From positions 29,202,001-29,266,000 of the forward strand of contig OX597833.1 of assembly GCA_951406725.2 (NCBI GenBank): DNA of 64,000 nt, in the 5' to 3' direction. This DNA is from Octopus vulgaris. Lineage: Eukaryota. The position numbers and the translations under genes were made by a program. Shown here piece after piece: positions 11,775-24,900 of this stretch. The notes below the pieces were generated by a model. It had not been told where the DNA came from. It was given only the letters and a program-made list of their open reading frames with translations, and made no database searches. The first letter of the stretch is position 1; the number at the start of each line of letters is the position of its first letter.

Positions 11775-12876
11775 GTAAGTTAGTTATGGTATGTGGTAAT
11801 TACACCAAACACCAGCAGCAACACATAACAAGGAAGTGGAGTTACTACACTATAGTCACATTCACAAATAACTTGGAAGTAAGCAATATTCGATGTAACA
11901 TTTTCTTTTATAATAGGTATCGTATAGTTTATCGTTATTTCTTTCATGTGATTATTTATTATTTTCTGTTTATATTTGAAAAATATTCATTCATATATAA
12001 TACATTTGTTATTGAAATTTCGATTACGAATAGAGTCCATTTTCTCAATTTAGTTTTCCGTCTACATTTCATTTTCAAATTTCACAAATTCTATGAAAGT
12101 TATTAACTTACTAGATTGGTCACGAATGTTCAGCTTTATAGTGGAAACGGCGTAGTGTTGTTCATGCGTTTTCCTCAAACGAACAGTGATTAAGGTATTG
12201 TTAGAATGTGTTTAATATTCTTATGGTTTCATCCGGGAATCAAAATAATCGAAGATTCGATAAGTCACCCCTTACCGTAAAGAAACAACCCAACAACATT
12301 TATATCGCTGTTATCTTATTTAATATAACCAATGAATATTATAATTTCTTTCTCATCAAGAATACCTCATAAGAATATACTAGATTTTAGCATAAACCTT
12401 TTGTTCACGTTTCCGTTTTAAACCTCCACGGTCTCTGTCGGAGGGATCGTACTAAATCATTGATCAGAAACCACAGTTTACGGAAAGAAATCTATTTTAG
12501 ATACATGCTGCCATTAGTAAATATTTAGTTGTGAAGATTGTGTTGTTTTTGTCTCAGATGTATTGATGTTGAGCAGACTTATCAAAGATTTTCCAGCTGT
12601 GTCAATTTCGTCTTTTTATGTCAGTAACTACATTGTTCAAAATGTTCTTCGAAGATAGCAGGATGTAAATTTGGCGAATATTTGGTTGGTATTTCCAAAT
12701 ATTCGAGCGACAACTCAGGTTCCCACGTTGACAAAAATTGCGATTAAAGAATGATTTTACTTTTTATGTCAAGTGTTTACTGTATGCCAACCAGTTCTGG
12801 TGTACGTCATTTTTATGTCTCCTAAATTTCCATGATCTAATGTTAGTGCATCCAGCATATATCCTTAATTAATAAG

Positions 12877-12907
<31 letters not shown>

Positions 12908-13334
12908 TTCTGCGTGATATTTTCTACAAACATATGCTGCCAATTAGTCATGAAATGTTTCTAGTATTGTGAGCCTTACATTTTGGCTTGTCTTTTGCCA
13001 CATGGACATTACATAGTTAGCGGTAGTTGCAATTATTAAGTCCACATTATTCAGTTGATGATCTACAGTTCTCTATATATATCCATACCAGGTGGGTGTG
13101 TAAATTTTTATAAAACTCCTTCATATCACTTCTACAGTCCAACCTGGATGAATACATTCTTCAATTATGCACTTAAGTAAGCTCAGCTAATAACTCTTCA
13201 CTTGTTGCAGACTACTCCCTTTTTACTCATCCAACATGGTGCATTTTTCTATCTCAGCAACATTTTCACTAATTTAGTTGGACTAGGAATCAAATGCTGC
13301 AATGCTGCCTGTTTCAGATAGGACTGCCATCTAT

Positions 13335-13940
13335 GGACCGCACTACCTTTCGGTTATTTGGGGGGGGGGGGTCTTTTTTTCTACAGAAACCTACCTTTTC
13401 GATTGCGGAGATTCCATCGGTATTTCGAAATTAAAATTCTGAAAACGGGTTTTTGAGGTTTTCAAAATCTTCAATTTTTAAGTCCGTTCCAACCGGAAAA
13501 TCCGACAAGCTAGAAACAACAACCAAACCGAAGATCCACTTTCTAAATACGAATTACCAAAAAATGGAAAAAAAAATTTTAATGTCATCTTGTCGTGTGT
13601 GTGTGCAAAAAAAGTAATTTTACACAACTCTCTTCCAAAAGACCCTCAACTACATCATGTTCACTTTCTGTTACAGATGCATTGGCGGAGGGGTGTTTAT
13701 TTATTTTTTAAAAATTGAAATTTACAAAATTATTTTCCAAAATCATAATCTCCGTATTTTTCTTCGTATTTCGCCAAAAAAAGATTTTAAAAAAAGTGAA
13801 AAATTGGGGATGTAGATGGGTGGGGGAATAAAAATTTTGAAATGCCGATGTTTTCGCAGATCGGAATCTCCGCAGTCGAAAAAGTGGGTTTCTGTAGAAA
13901 AAATAAAAACAACAAAAGAAACCGGAAGGGAGTGCAGTCC
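13335..13940. mobile_element. MITE with GG termini and ~85-bp imperfect TIRs
   Basis: ggaccgcact...tttttctacagaaacc..ttttcgattgcggagattcc inverts ggaatctccgcagtcgaaaagtgggtttctgtagaaaaa...agtgcagtcc. Confidence 0.7.
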
Positions 13941-14513
13941 ATGTCTTTTACCTCCGCCCATTTATGATACAGCCCATGTCTAATTCATGACAGTTCCTCT
14001 TTTGCTCACTTTAAAAAGGTGATATAAATTTGGTTTGCGAGTTTCAAGAATGCATCAAAGATGTTGATGATTTTGTTGTTTAACCCTAGGTCAACTCTTA
14101 TCGAGCATTGTTATTTCCAGCATTGATTATCTCGTATTTTTCTGTATGTTCAGGGAGCCCAAGACCATTTCCTCGACTTGCATGTTTATAAGAATGTAGG
14201 TATGAATCGAAAGCAATTTGGCTGCTATTTCTAGTAAATCGAAGTTTCGTCGTTAGTTTGTCGATGAAATGAATAGATAAAAAAAAGTTGAGAAAAAGAA
14301 AAATGGTGAAGATTAAAGAAAAGGTAAAAGAAAATAAATTGCAAAAATAGGTACCTAACTGAAATTATTAAAAATAGTAAGTTTTTCTTCTTAGAAGTGG
14401 GGCACAAAGCGAACGGTCTATTTTATGTTTGATCACACTCAAGGACACTTGATATTTTACTATTCTTGCCATGATTATAATATTTTGTCAACTGAATCTT
14501 TTGTCTTAGGGGT

Positions 14514-15346
14514 GAAGAAAGATAACCTAACGCATTCATGCTAGAGGAAATTAAGTACCAGCACAAGTAACGGAGTCCTATGATCGATTGAGTCGGGATT
14601 AGGCTATTATTGGGCTATACACCTTCTCTGTATTTAGTATTTGAGCTAGATATGGCTTTAATTTTTAAAGTAGCTGTTAAGAAGCGCCAGATTTATGCTA
14701 GATAACAAAAAATGCTATGCTTAATATAAGAGAAAAATTTTAAGGAGCACACCCTATTCTTAGAGACGAAAGATTTTTGAATATACTAGATTTCGATCGA
14801 TTTGATCCCCGATCATCACCGGAGGTCTAATTGCCAGATATGTACAATGGATACGATTCGATCTGATCCATTAGACCACCACTGCATGTACACGTAACTT
14901 GTCTCTAACTGTTTGAAATTAATGTTTGCACGTGTGGTAGAGTAGATTAGCCAAGAAAACAATGATATAACACTTAAAATGTTTTAACATTATGAAACTC
15001 CAGCTCTTAACAGCTACTTTGTTTTTTTCCAGAGATGTTGAGGACTAAGTATAATAACTAATGTTCAAATAGGTCAAATAGCTGTCCATTGGAGCAATCG
15101 ACAAAGGTACTGAAATTAGAGAATATCAACTTTAATACTTTTTTTTACGTAGATCGAAAAAACGTCTTTCGGTATCCTTTATAAATTAAAAATTAAAGCC
15201 ATATCTAGCTCAAATACTAAATACAAAGTAGGTGTTATGTTAAATACCAGTAGTAGCCTAACTCCGACTCAATCGATCATAGAGCTCCGTTACTTGTGCT
15301 GGTACTTAATTTCCTCTAGCATGAATGAGTTAGGTTATCTTTCTTC
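14514..15346. repeat. Fold-back inverted repeat (~155-bp arms)
   Basis: 14514-14666 (gaagaaagataacctaac...gagctagatatggctttaattttt) is the reverse complement of 15187-15346. Confidence 0.8.
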
Positions 15347-15537
15347 TTGCAATATTTATTTGACAACTCACGAAATAAAAAATCATCTGATAATTTGGGA
15401 GAGTACTTTTAGTCTTTTCATAAAGTAGATCACGGTACTTCTTCGGAATTCCCCCACCCCCACTCTATAACTTTTGAACCAGTAGTTAAAAAAAAAAATT
15501 CAGATTCATGTTTTTGATAGCGGAGATTACGATTTAG

Positions 15538-15947
15538 GGATCTTTTCGGTTTGAACGGCAGTTTTTTCTAGCGGTGTCATATGAAATGTCACCCATAATT
15601 ATGACCTTAGTATCGATCTATTGCATTTCAGTCTGTTTTAGGGTTAGGGTGGGAGGAAGGGTATCTTTATTTCTTCAGAAATGTAAACAAACCCAATCTG
15701 TTTCTTAAACGAGGAACATATTCATACGGCACAGAATGTTTTCACCTCAATAAACGTCATTGATTGGTTGAAATTGCAGAAATTGAAGAAAAAAAAACAA
15801 CAAATATCTTACAAACTATAGAATTTTCTCAATAAAGCCAAGAGAAAAAGATGTTTTATAAACACATTCTACCAGTATACGAAGTTTAAAAGTGTTTAGT
15901 TACGTGGAAATTATTTTAAAAAACTGTCGTTCAAACCAAAAAGATCC
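15538..15947. mobile_element. GGATC-family MITE nested in the left TIR of 15434-16811
   Basis: TIR ggatcttttcggtttgaacggcagttttt / aaaaactgtcgttcaaaccaaaaagatcc; 8-bp TSD cgatttag. Confidence 0.9.
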
Positions 15948-16128
15948 CGATTTAGGAAAAAAAAAAATTAATTTCAATGTTTTTAAAAAGTTACAGATAA
16001 TTTTCACCCAACCAGGAAACAGGATTTGGAAGCTGTCATTTTGTACGTGTCAACTGTAAACAAAGCAAATAAATTGGGTGGTTGGGTGTAGGTTGGGGTG
16101 GGGGGAGTATTTGAAAAAAAATTTTTTT

Positions 16129-16691
16129 GGTATAACTACAGATTTCTGCCCCAGGATCTTTTCCCTTTCAACGGCAAATCAAGAAATTAATTTTTTGTAA
16201 CTAAAAACTTTCAATGTACCAGACATGTAGCTATTATTTTTTGGCATAATGGGTTTTCTGGTGAGCGTTTCATTTGCCTTCATTGCCCGTTTGTTGCTTC
16301 AGTAGAAATCATCGGATGCACAAATCGGAGAAAATGAAACAAATATGGACGACTTGTTCCAAAACACCTCCGAGTGGGGAACAGTCCTCAAAAATAACCC
16401 CCAATTGTTTTCCCCAAAATTTCCTATGTTCTCGGAATCTACATAGTCCAAGGTATATTTGAATTTCATTAAAAAAATATCCATTTTCTTGAAAGTTAAG
16501 ACAAATTGAATTGGACGACAGTGATTTTCCGAAATTCCCCACCTCCTAAAACACTTTCACCCAAAAGTTTTGTATATTCGGAATCTACATGATATAACAC
16601 ATTCGTAGACAATTTCATTTAAAAATATACATTTTTCTGACAGTTATGATCATCCAAAGTCGGGAGAAGGGCAAAAATCTGTAGTTATGCC
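16129..16691. mobile_element. Third nested MITE
   Basis: TIR ggtataactacagatttctgccc / gggcaaaaatctgtagttatgcc with T-rich flanks; carries a GGATC-family terminus at 16154. Confidence 0.7.
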
Positions 16692-18384
16692 TTTTTTTTT
16701 TTTTTTGCTAAATCGTAATCTCCGATATCTAAAACATGAATCTGAAAAAAAATTCTTTTTTAAATTACTGGCTCAAAAGTTATAGGGTTGGGGGAATTCC
16801 GAAGAAGTGCCTAGATCACTCCCTCCTAAAGCTCTGGCATTAAAGTGTGCAGTAGTAATAGTAGTCGTGCTTTTTCCGAATGGACCCTCGCCTCCATTTG
16901 TGTGCTAGCGCGTGCACACACACACAGTGAGGAGATCTCACATTTTGGTTCTAAAATTGTCATTGTTATTGTCCAGTCCTAATTGAGTCCTATAATCGAA
17001 GGTATCCCACCTGTTCTGATCCTGTCTTTTATTCAGATACAATTAACTTACGACCACCCGATCTCATGAATCTATCGGTGGCTCTTCTAGTATCTGGTGT
17101 AGAGCTGACGTTTTCAACAGCTGTGCTGCTATACACTTGTGTGCTACGTATGGTCCACATGTGTTCCACAAGTTTTTGAGGCAAATTATTTGAGAAAATT
17201 TAAGTTTGTTATGCATTCTTTTGCAGCCAGGTGCAATGCATGTGCCCATCCCTGTTTTGGAATCGTTTCAAACCTCTTTTTTAATAGTTTAAAAAAGCTG
17301 ATGTGCGTATTTTCAGCACCTCTTTCAGTCTGCTGTCAGTAGAAAACGTTGAAAATCGCAGACAACTAAGTCAGTGCTTATCGTCACTTTTCCATGGTTA
17401 TATGGTCATGTAGCCTTATATTGGTAACTTTTCTCCCTGGTATGCAGACAAATGAAGCCTTTGTTGATTTGAGTAGCAAGTTGTTTTACCTTATATAAAC
17501 CTGTTTTTAGCTTTTGCTCTCTGACCATTCGAGAGTTTAAGTGTTTGGCCACTAACACATCACAGGAGTGTCACCACTAACTGGACAGAATAATCTGTCA
17601 TTTTGGTTAGTTATGAGATACTCTATTGTGATGTGTATAGAAACATATGGAGGTTATGTTTTTTTTTATGAAAATATTTGGCGAGAGCGAAAGAGAAAAC
17701 CAGAAACATCATTTAGTCTTTGATACCAACTCACTTGAAGCCATACATACTAAAGGACTCGTATTTAAATGATAGTTGCCTTTTAACATTATTAATCATT
17801 TGAGAGCTCAAATTAGTCAACACCAGCATAGTGTAGCAATAATGAGACAAGCCAATAAAAAAAGCTTCAATGTCCTCACTCAACATGCTAGAAATAGCAA
17901 CCAAATCCCCATCAAATCACAAACCACCCTCTTAGAAAACAAAACATTGAGTAATATGCCCTGGGTTGCTTCCATATTAGAAAATAAGATAGGTTGGTCA
18001 AGGCTAGAATCTCTTTTAATATATGTGCTTGTTCAGGGCTAACCTGGAGCTAAATAACAACAAACACAGGGGCTTCTGTTTAGCTGCTTGAATTACAACA
18101 AATAGCAGCTTAATCTACTTCAAATCCACCCTACCATGGCAAAAGCAAGACGGCCACTTTGGATAATTAAGTGCAGGATGCACTGTACTAAAAACAAAAG
18201 AAATTCCTCAAAAAATCCCCAAATAATAAAAAAAACCCCAAATAGGATGATTTGTTTAACTTCCGTTTTTTTTTTTCACCACTGCTTTCCTAAGTTTGGA
18301 TGCAGAATAATTTTGAGACAGGATTTTATAGTCAGTGCAGTCAGTCAACAAAGAATCAGTACCACATTGTTCAAACAATGATGA

Positions 18385-18496
18385 ATGTGGCATATACAAA
18401 CATTGACACACATTCCTACACATGCACGTATATACATACATATATATCAGTGTACATGTGTGTGTATATACATAAATAAAAATGTATATATATATA

Positions 18497-18527
<31 letters not shown>

Positions 18528-18985
18528 ATGTGTTGGTATTTATTTGTATATGTGGATGTACTTGGATATATGTGTGGATTTGTGTATGGAAGTATTGGTG
18601 TGTATGGATAGGGATATGTGTTTCGCCTGTGCTTTCGGTTCTTTTTTTCATTTTAACTTTATTTGTATAATTGTATATAGAGTAGAATTACCCTGTTCAA
18701 CCTCTAATTATTTTACCGCTAATGTGTGTGTGAATATATATCCAGGTATATATGTGCATATATATATATATATATGCACACACACATGTGTGTGTATGTG
18801 TGTGTATGTTTATGCATGTATGTGAATGTGTGTATATATATATGCAACAGTGTATCTATTTATGTATGTGCGTATGTATATATGTATGTGCATGTATGTA
18901 TATGGGTGTATATGCATGTACAAATCCATGTATCTGTATGTATGTATGCTTGTGTATGAATATATATACGTATCTGTATGGATGT
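18385..18985. repeat. Degenerate (TA/TG)n microsatellite
   Basis: Alternating purine-pyrimidine low-complexity tract. Confidence 0.85.
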
Positions 18986-20074
18986 ATTGATATAGCTATA
19001 CGATCCTGTGGAGTGTATGGATTTACATTTACTTGTGGTGCCACATTGTATGGCTGAACATGAAATCACATGGTCACAAAACGAGCTTCTTCACCACACA
19101 GTCTTGCCAGAATGCCTTTGATCATATGTGAGCTCAATCAGTGTTTAAATGGAGCAGCATACACTATATAAAGTTCCAGATATTTTACTACCCACCCCCA
19201 AAAATCTTTGTTATAATTGAAAGTTAATTACAACATTAGTAGTTTACTAATTAGGAATATAATCAAGAAAGAGGCATCGAAAGTTATTTATTTTGACCTC
19301 TTTATTTTATATTCTCAAATAGCACAACAGTTCACAGTTATCTTAACATTCCCTGTGTTTTTCTCTGATATTATTATCTCCTTTCTTGCTAGAACTTTTG
19401 GCCAAACAAAAACATGAAAATGCTTAAATAAAAATCAAAGAAATTGAAGTGTTTCTTAAGTTTTGAGAGATTTTTGTTAGCTAGTGCATGAGATCTTATC
19501 CCTTGCAGGAACTATATTTCTGGATAAAATATTTTAACCAGTGTATCTTTTTACATTTAACTGTTATGAGTAGGTTGTGGGTCCATCCTATCTGTGTGGT
19601 AATTTGCTGGGTGGTTAGTGTTATGAATGGCATCCAGCCATAAAAACCATGTCAAAACAGACACAGAAGTATGTTACAGGCCAGCTCCTGTCAAACTGTC
19701 CGAGGACATTAAATGATGATGATGATCTACTTCATAATGTGAAACTGAGCTAAAGCACAAGCTCTTTTGATCAATGGCTTAAGAGACATAAAAACGTTTT
19801 ATATATTCCCTTTAATCTATATACAACAACAAAAAGTCTTCTTCAGTACTCTCTTTCATTTCTGTAAGAAATTTTGTGTACTCAGCATTGACTAATCTAG
19901 CTTTCTCCTGTGGTCAAAAGAGCAGATTCACCAATATTGCATCTGATTAGATCAATTGCTAATGCACTATGACAAACCTTTGGTTATCAAGCAATAAAAC
20001 CTAGTCTTTAATGGAGTAAAATTTTCATTTTTGCAATGGCCTCAATTGATCGAATCAGTGTATTATAATAATGA

Positions 20075-20265
20075 TTTCAAATTTTGGCACAAGGCCAGCA
20101 AGTCCAGATGAAGGAGTGAGTCGATTACATAGACTCCAGTGCTCAACTGGTACTTATCTTACCCTAAGAAGATGAAAGGCAAAGTTGACTTCAGCTTTTG
20201 GAACATAAAAACAGATGACATGTTGCTAAGCATTTTGCCCAACATGCTAATGATTCTGCCAGTTT
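20075..20265 (-). mobile_element. tRNA-like SINE copy (family of the 47.7-48.5 kb array)
   Basis: tttcaaattttggcacaaggcc...gtcgattacatagactccagtgctcaactggtactta...gatgaaaggcaaagttgac...gattctgccag. Confidence 0.75.
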
Positions 20266-20795
20266 GCTGTCTTCAGTGTTCTTTAATAATGTCAAAAAAT
20301 AATTTAAAAGTGGAGATTCTTCCCTTGATAGGAACTGAAAGTTTCTCATGTCATGAAACTTAAAATGATGTTTTGTAAAGGAATGGAGTAGTGAATTAAC
20401 AGCATCTCAAATATTGCTGTACTATAGTTTATATGAATAACTGATTCTAAGAAATTTACATCAAGTGTTTATCTGATTAGGAAAGTAGGTAAACTGATTG
20501 GTACCACATTTACCTAGATGTCTTGCAAACAACTTGCACATGCAAGTACTACCAGTCAAAAACTCTGCATACCAGAAGCCATCAAATGTATGGGGTCATC
20601 ATGAGAGAATGCGTGCCGTTTCGGGGCCTACCTCTTGACGGCATCAATGCGCACCAGCCCCCCTTTCCCAACTAAAAATATTTTTGGCTTTTGTTATTGC
20701 AATATGTATAATGTCAGAAATATTATGTACAACATCAAATATTTGTCAATTTTATATGTGACTTTTATTTATTGCTTTTATTTTTCGTAGAACTA

Positions 20796-20916
20796 ATGGA
20801 GTCCTCTTCATCATCAACTGACTTTGAAAGTTCTGAGATTTCTTTCGATGAGCTTTCATTGGACAAAGCTATTCTTGTCATCAAACAACAGTGTAATGAC
20901 ATAAATAATCTCAGAA
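20796..20916 (+). CDS. OPTN: Optineurin/NEMO-family gene, first coding exon (acceptor AG at 20789-20790, ATG at 20796)
   Basis: Polypyrimidine tract tttttcgtag; encodes MESSSSSTDFESSEISFDELSLDKAILVIKQQCNDINNLR; donor GTAAGT at 20917; phase 1 joins in frame to the exon at 28872. Confidence 0.75.
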
Positions 20917-20948
20917 GTAAGTATATAAAACTAATAATAATTTACTAC

Positions 20949-20981
<33 letters not shown>

Positions 20982-21995
20982 CAGTAACAGATTTATCATT
21001 GTCATCGTTATTACACGAAATTTTTTGTTTACAATAGAAATACACCCATTACTTTCATCAGTTGGCATTTGACATAGTCCATGCTGAACTACAATCATCG
21101 TTTGTTTCTAAAAATTTCACTTGGTTCATATTAGTTGGAATTATCTACCTTGTCCATTAAAAAAATTTTATTTTTGTTTTTTAGATTTTGAACATACCTT
21201 TAGTTAAAAGTTTTTCAACTCCCTATACTACACACATGAAACACTGTCATATGCATAGTTAGTATACAGAATACTTCTTTGAGGTTTTTTTCTTCATTAT
21301 TGCTACACCTGTATTGATAAAAGCAAAATTCTGTCTGTCCATCTGGGACTTCTACACAGATGTATTATATCATTTTGGAATTAGGATGATCCCAGGATTG
21401 AAAGTCTGCTCTTCATTTGGTTCTTGAACATCCAGCATTTGGGTTGATATTTCTAGCAGGTAAAGCTTGGCCGATTCATGCCATCTTAGTTGGCATTTGT
21501 CAGATGATGTCAGAAATCAAGAAGGAGATAAATGAATTTCACTTCGTTAATTTTATGTTGAGATAAGAATTTTAGGACAAATTGGCCAACAGTTGGAATT
21601 TGACTTGGGACTGGAACAACAGAACGATTGCATTACAGAATTAAGGACATATAATCATTATAGATGTATTATAGTCATGCTATTTAACTCTCTTTAGTTT
21701 TGGGCCACTGAACCATAGGAGCTAGCTTAACAACCCACATGGAGTGCGGCTCTTAAACTAGTCTATGATTAAAAAAAAATGTTCCTGTTTTTAAGATATC
21801 ATGCACCTAAAACTATGTATATTATCCAATATTATTGTAGCTTTTTTTTTAAAGGCAGTAGGATGTGATTAAAGGGTAATTTGGCTGTTATTTCTATTTT
21901 GAGTGGTCATGTAAATGCTCTGATGTTGATTCGCCTACAGTATAAACTGTAGATAAGTAAAGTTTTAGATAATCTACATTCTCAATAAGGAGACA

Positions 21996-24900
21996 GATGC
22001 TTGAACAGAGATGTGTCGATATGTGCTGCATCCAAGAAGTATGGTGGAGAGGAGGTTCTGCTAGGTTCCTCACAGGCAAAGAACACAGGTACAAGATTTT
22101 CTGGGCAGGGAACACTGACAGGGTTGGGGGTGTGGGTATACTTCTTGCGGAGAAATGGGTAGATAAAGTAATTGAGATAGTCAGAGTATGCGACTGAATA
22201 CTTAAGATTAGATTAGTGCTCCATCATGGGTTAGCAACTGTTATCTCAGCCAGGGCTACCAGATGGACAGAAAGACCGATTCTATGACACCCTCTTGCAG
22301 ACTACTGCATTGACGAATGACAGGGACCTTCTCTTTGTGGCTGGCGACTTCAATGGACATGTTGGACAACATGTCAGGGGCTTCCACGGCATACATGGAG
22401 GCTATGGTTTTGGCTCTCGCAATGAGGAGGGAACCAGGCTGCTGGAGTTCTGTGATGCAAATGATCTTATGGTTTGCAACACTAACTTCAGAAAACCTGC
22501 CAGCCACCTAGTGACCTACTGCTCTAGCAGACACACTAGTCAGATCGACTACATCCTCACCAGAAAAAGGGAAAGATGGCTGCTTATAAATGCCAAAACC
22601 TTCCCAGGCGAAGAATGTACCACACAACATAGACTAGTAGTTAGTGACTTCAGGATCAGGGCTAAATGGATGCCCAGAAGACGACCATCAAGGAGAAGAA
22701 GGGTCTGGAGACTTAAAGATCCTGCAAATGGACAGAGATTTAGAGACATATTACTCAAAGCCTTTGACGAAATAGAAGGGGATATAGTTTCACATGGTAT
22801 AGAAGACAACAGGAGGTTCCTACAGGACAACCTGCTAAGGGCCACCGACCAGATCTGTGGATGGTGCAAAGTCCCCTCCTGACCCAAAATAACGTGGTGT
22901 AGAACACTGTGGTTGACAGGGCTATTAGACAAAAGAAACAGGCTTGGAAGGACTGGAAGAATGGTGGTAGCAGGGAAGTGTATCAAACTGCCAGAAGGGA
23001 ATCTAGGAGGCAGGTATATTTAGCCAGAGGGGAAGCAGATAAAATTTGCCAAAATTCTGCGCCGTGAGGACGAAAGACTTAAGGTATTTTGTGTTGCAAG
23101 ACAGTGTGTGAGAGAGAATCGTGACGTGGTAGGAGAGAAATGTGTTCGCATGGATGATGATTCACTTGCGCTGAATGAGGATGCAAAGAGAGAGGTTTGG
23201 AGACGCCACTTTGAAAGGTTGCTGTATAAGGAAAATGGATGGGATAAAGAGAGTCTGCCGAACGTCGACCCAACAGAGGGACCAGCTATCCGAGTTGACA
23301 GTTCCTTGGTAGTTAAGGCAATTAGAAGCATGAAGACAGGGAAAGCCCCAGGCCCATCAGGAATTACTCCAGAGATGCTCAAAATATCTGGGAGTGTCAG
23401 CTATAGCCTAGTCACCCATATGGTGAAGCAGCATAATAGTCAACTGCTATAATGGTAAAGGTGACGCTTTAGTTACAAATAATTACAGAGGTATCAAGCT
23501 GTTGGATCAGGTAATGAAGGTTACGGAGTGGGTCATAGCCCAACTGATTAGGGAGAGAGTCAGCTTGGATGAGATGCAGTTTGATTTCGTGCCAGGGAAA
23601 AGCACCACTGATGCTATATTCAGCTGCAGGAGAAATACCTAGCCAAAGATAAGCCCCTGTACCTGGCTTTTGTTGACATGGAGAAAGCCTTTGACAGGGT
23701 CCCCCTGATCCCTTATCTGGTGGTCAATGAGGAAACTAGGGATAGATGAATGGTTGGTGAGAGCTATGCAAGCCATGTACAGGGACGTTGTAAGTAAGGT
23801 GAGGGTTGGCAACGAGTACACTGAAGAATTCCGGGTAGAGGTAGGGGTCCACCAAGGTTCAGTCCTCAGCCCCCTCCTATTTATCATAGTCCTCCAAGCA
23901 ATAACAGAGGAATTCAAGACAGGATGCCCCTGGGAGCTCCTATATGCTGATGACCTTGCTCTAATTGCTGAGTCACTATCAGAACTAGAGACGAAGTTTC
24001 AAGTGTGGAAACAAGGATTAGAATCGAAGGACCTTAGAATCAACCTAGCTAAAACCAAAGTCCTAATATGTAGGAAGGCAGGCAAACCACAAATCTCTTC
24101 AGGTAGATGGCCCTGCTCAATCTGTAGTAGAGTTGTAGGTAGAAACTTTATAAGATGCACCCAGTGTAAGCTATGGACACATAAGAGGTGCAGTAATATC
24201 AAAGGGAGGCTAACTAGGAAAATAGTTTTTGTATGTGGCAGATGCTCGGGAGCAATAAACACTGAAAATGTGCAGAGAACAACTTCCACCACATTCCAGG
24301 GAGAAAAACTAGAAGTAGTTGATAGCTTCCATTACCTTGGGGACCAAGTCAGTAGCAGAGGTTGGTGCGCTGAAAGTGTAGCTGCTAGAATAAGAATAGC
24401 TTGGGCAAAGTTCAGAGATTACTTACCTCTGATGGCGACAAAGGGCCTCTCGCTCAGAGTAAAAGGTAGACTGTATGACACTTGTGTATGAACAGCCATG
24501 CTACATGGCAGTGAAACACGGGCTGTGACTGCTGAATACATGCGTAAGCTTGCGAGGAATGAAGCCAGTATGCTCCGATGGATGTGTAATATCAGTGTGC
24601 ATACACGACAGTGTAGGTACCTTGAGAGAAATGTTGGACATAAGAAGCATCAGCTGTGGTGTGCAAGAGAGACGACTGCGCTGGTATGGTCATGTGGCAA
24701 GAATGGATGAGGACAGCTGTGTGAAAAAGTGCCACACCCTAGCGGTTGAGGGAACCTGTGTAAGAGGTAAACCCAGGAAGACCTGGGATGAAGTGGTAAA
24801 GCATGAACTTTGAACATTAGGCCTCACTGAGGCAATGACTAGTGACCGAGACCTTTGGAAATATGCCATGCGTGAGAAGACCAGGCAAGCCAAATGAAAC

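Larger units (their letters stand above)
15434..16811. mobile_element. Merlin/MULE-like MITE with nested insertions
   Basis: TIR ggtacttcttcggaattcc / ggaattccgaagaagtgcc; perfect 8-bp TSD tagatcac at 15426-15433 and 16812-16819. Confidence 0.85.
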
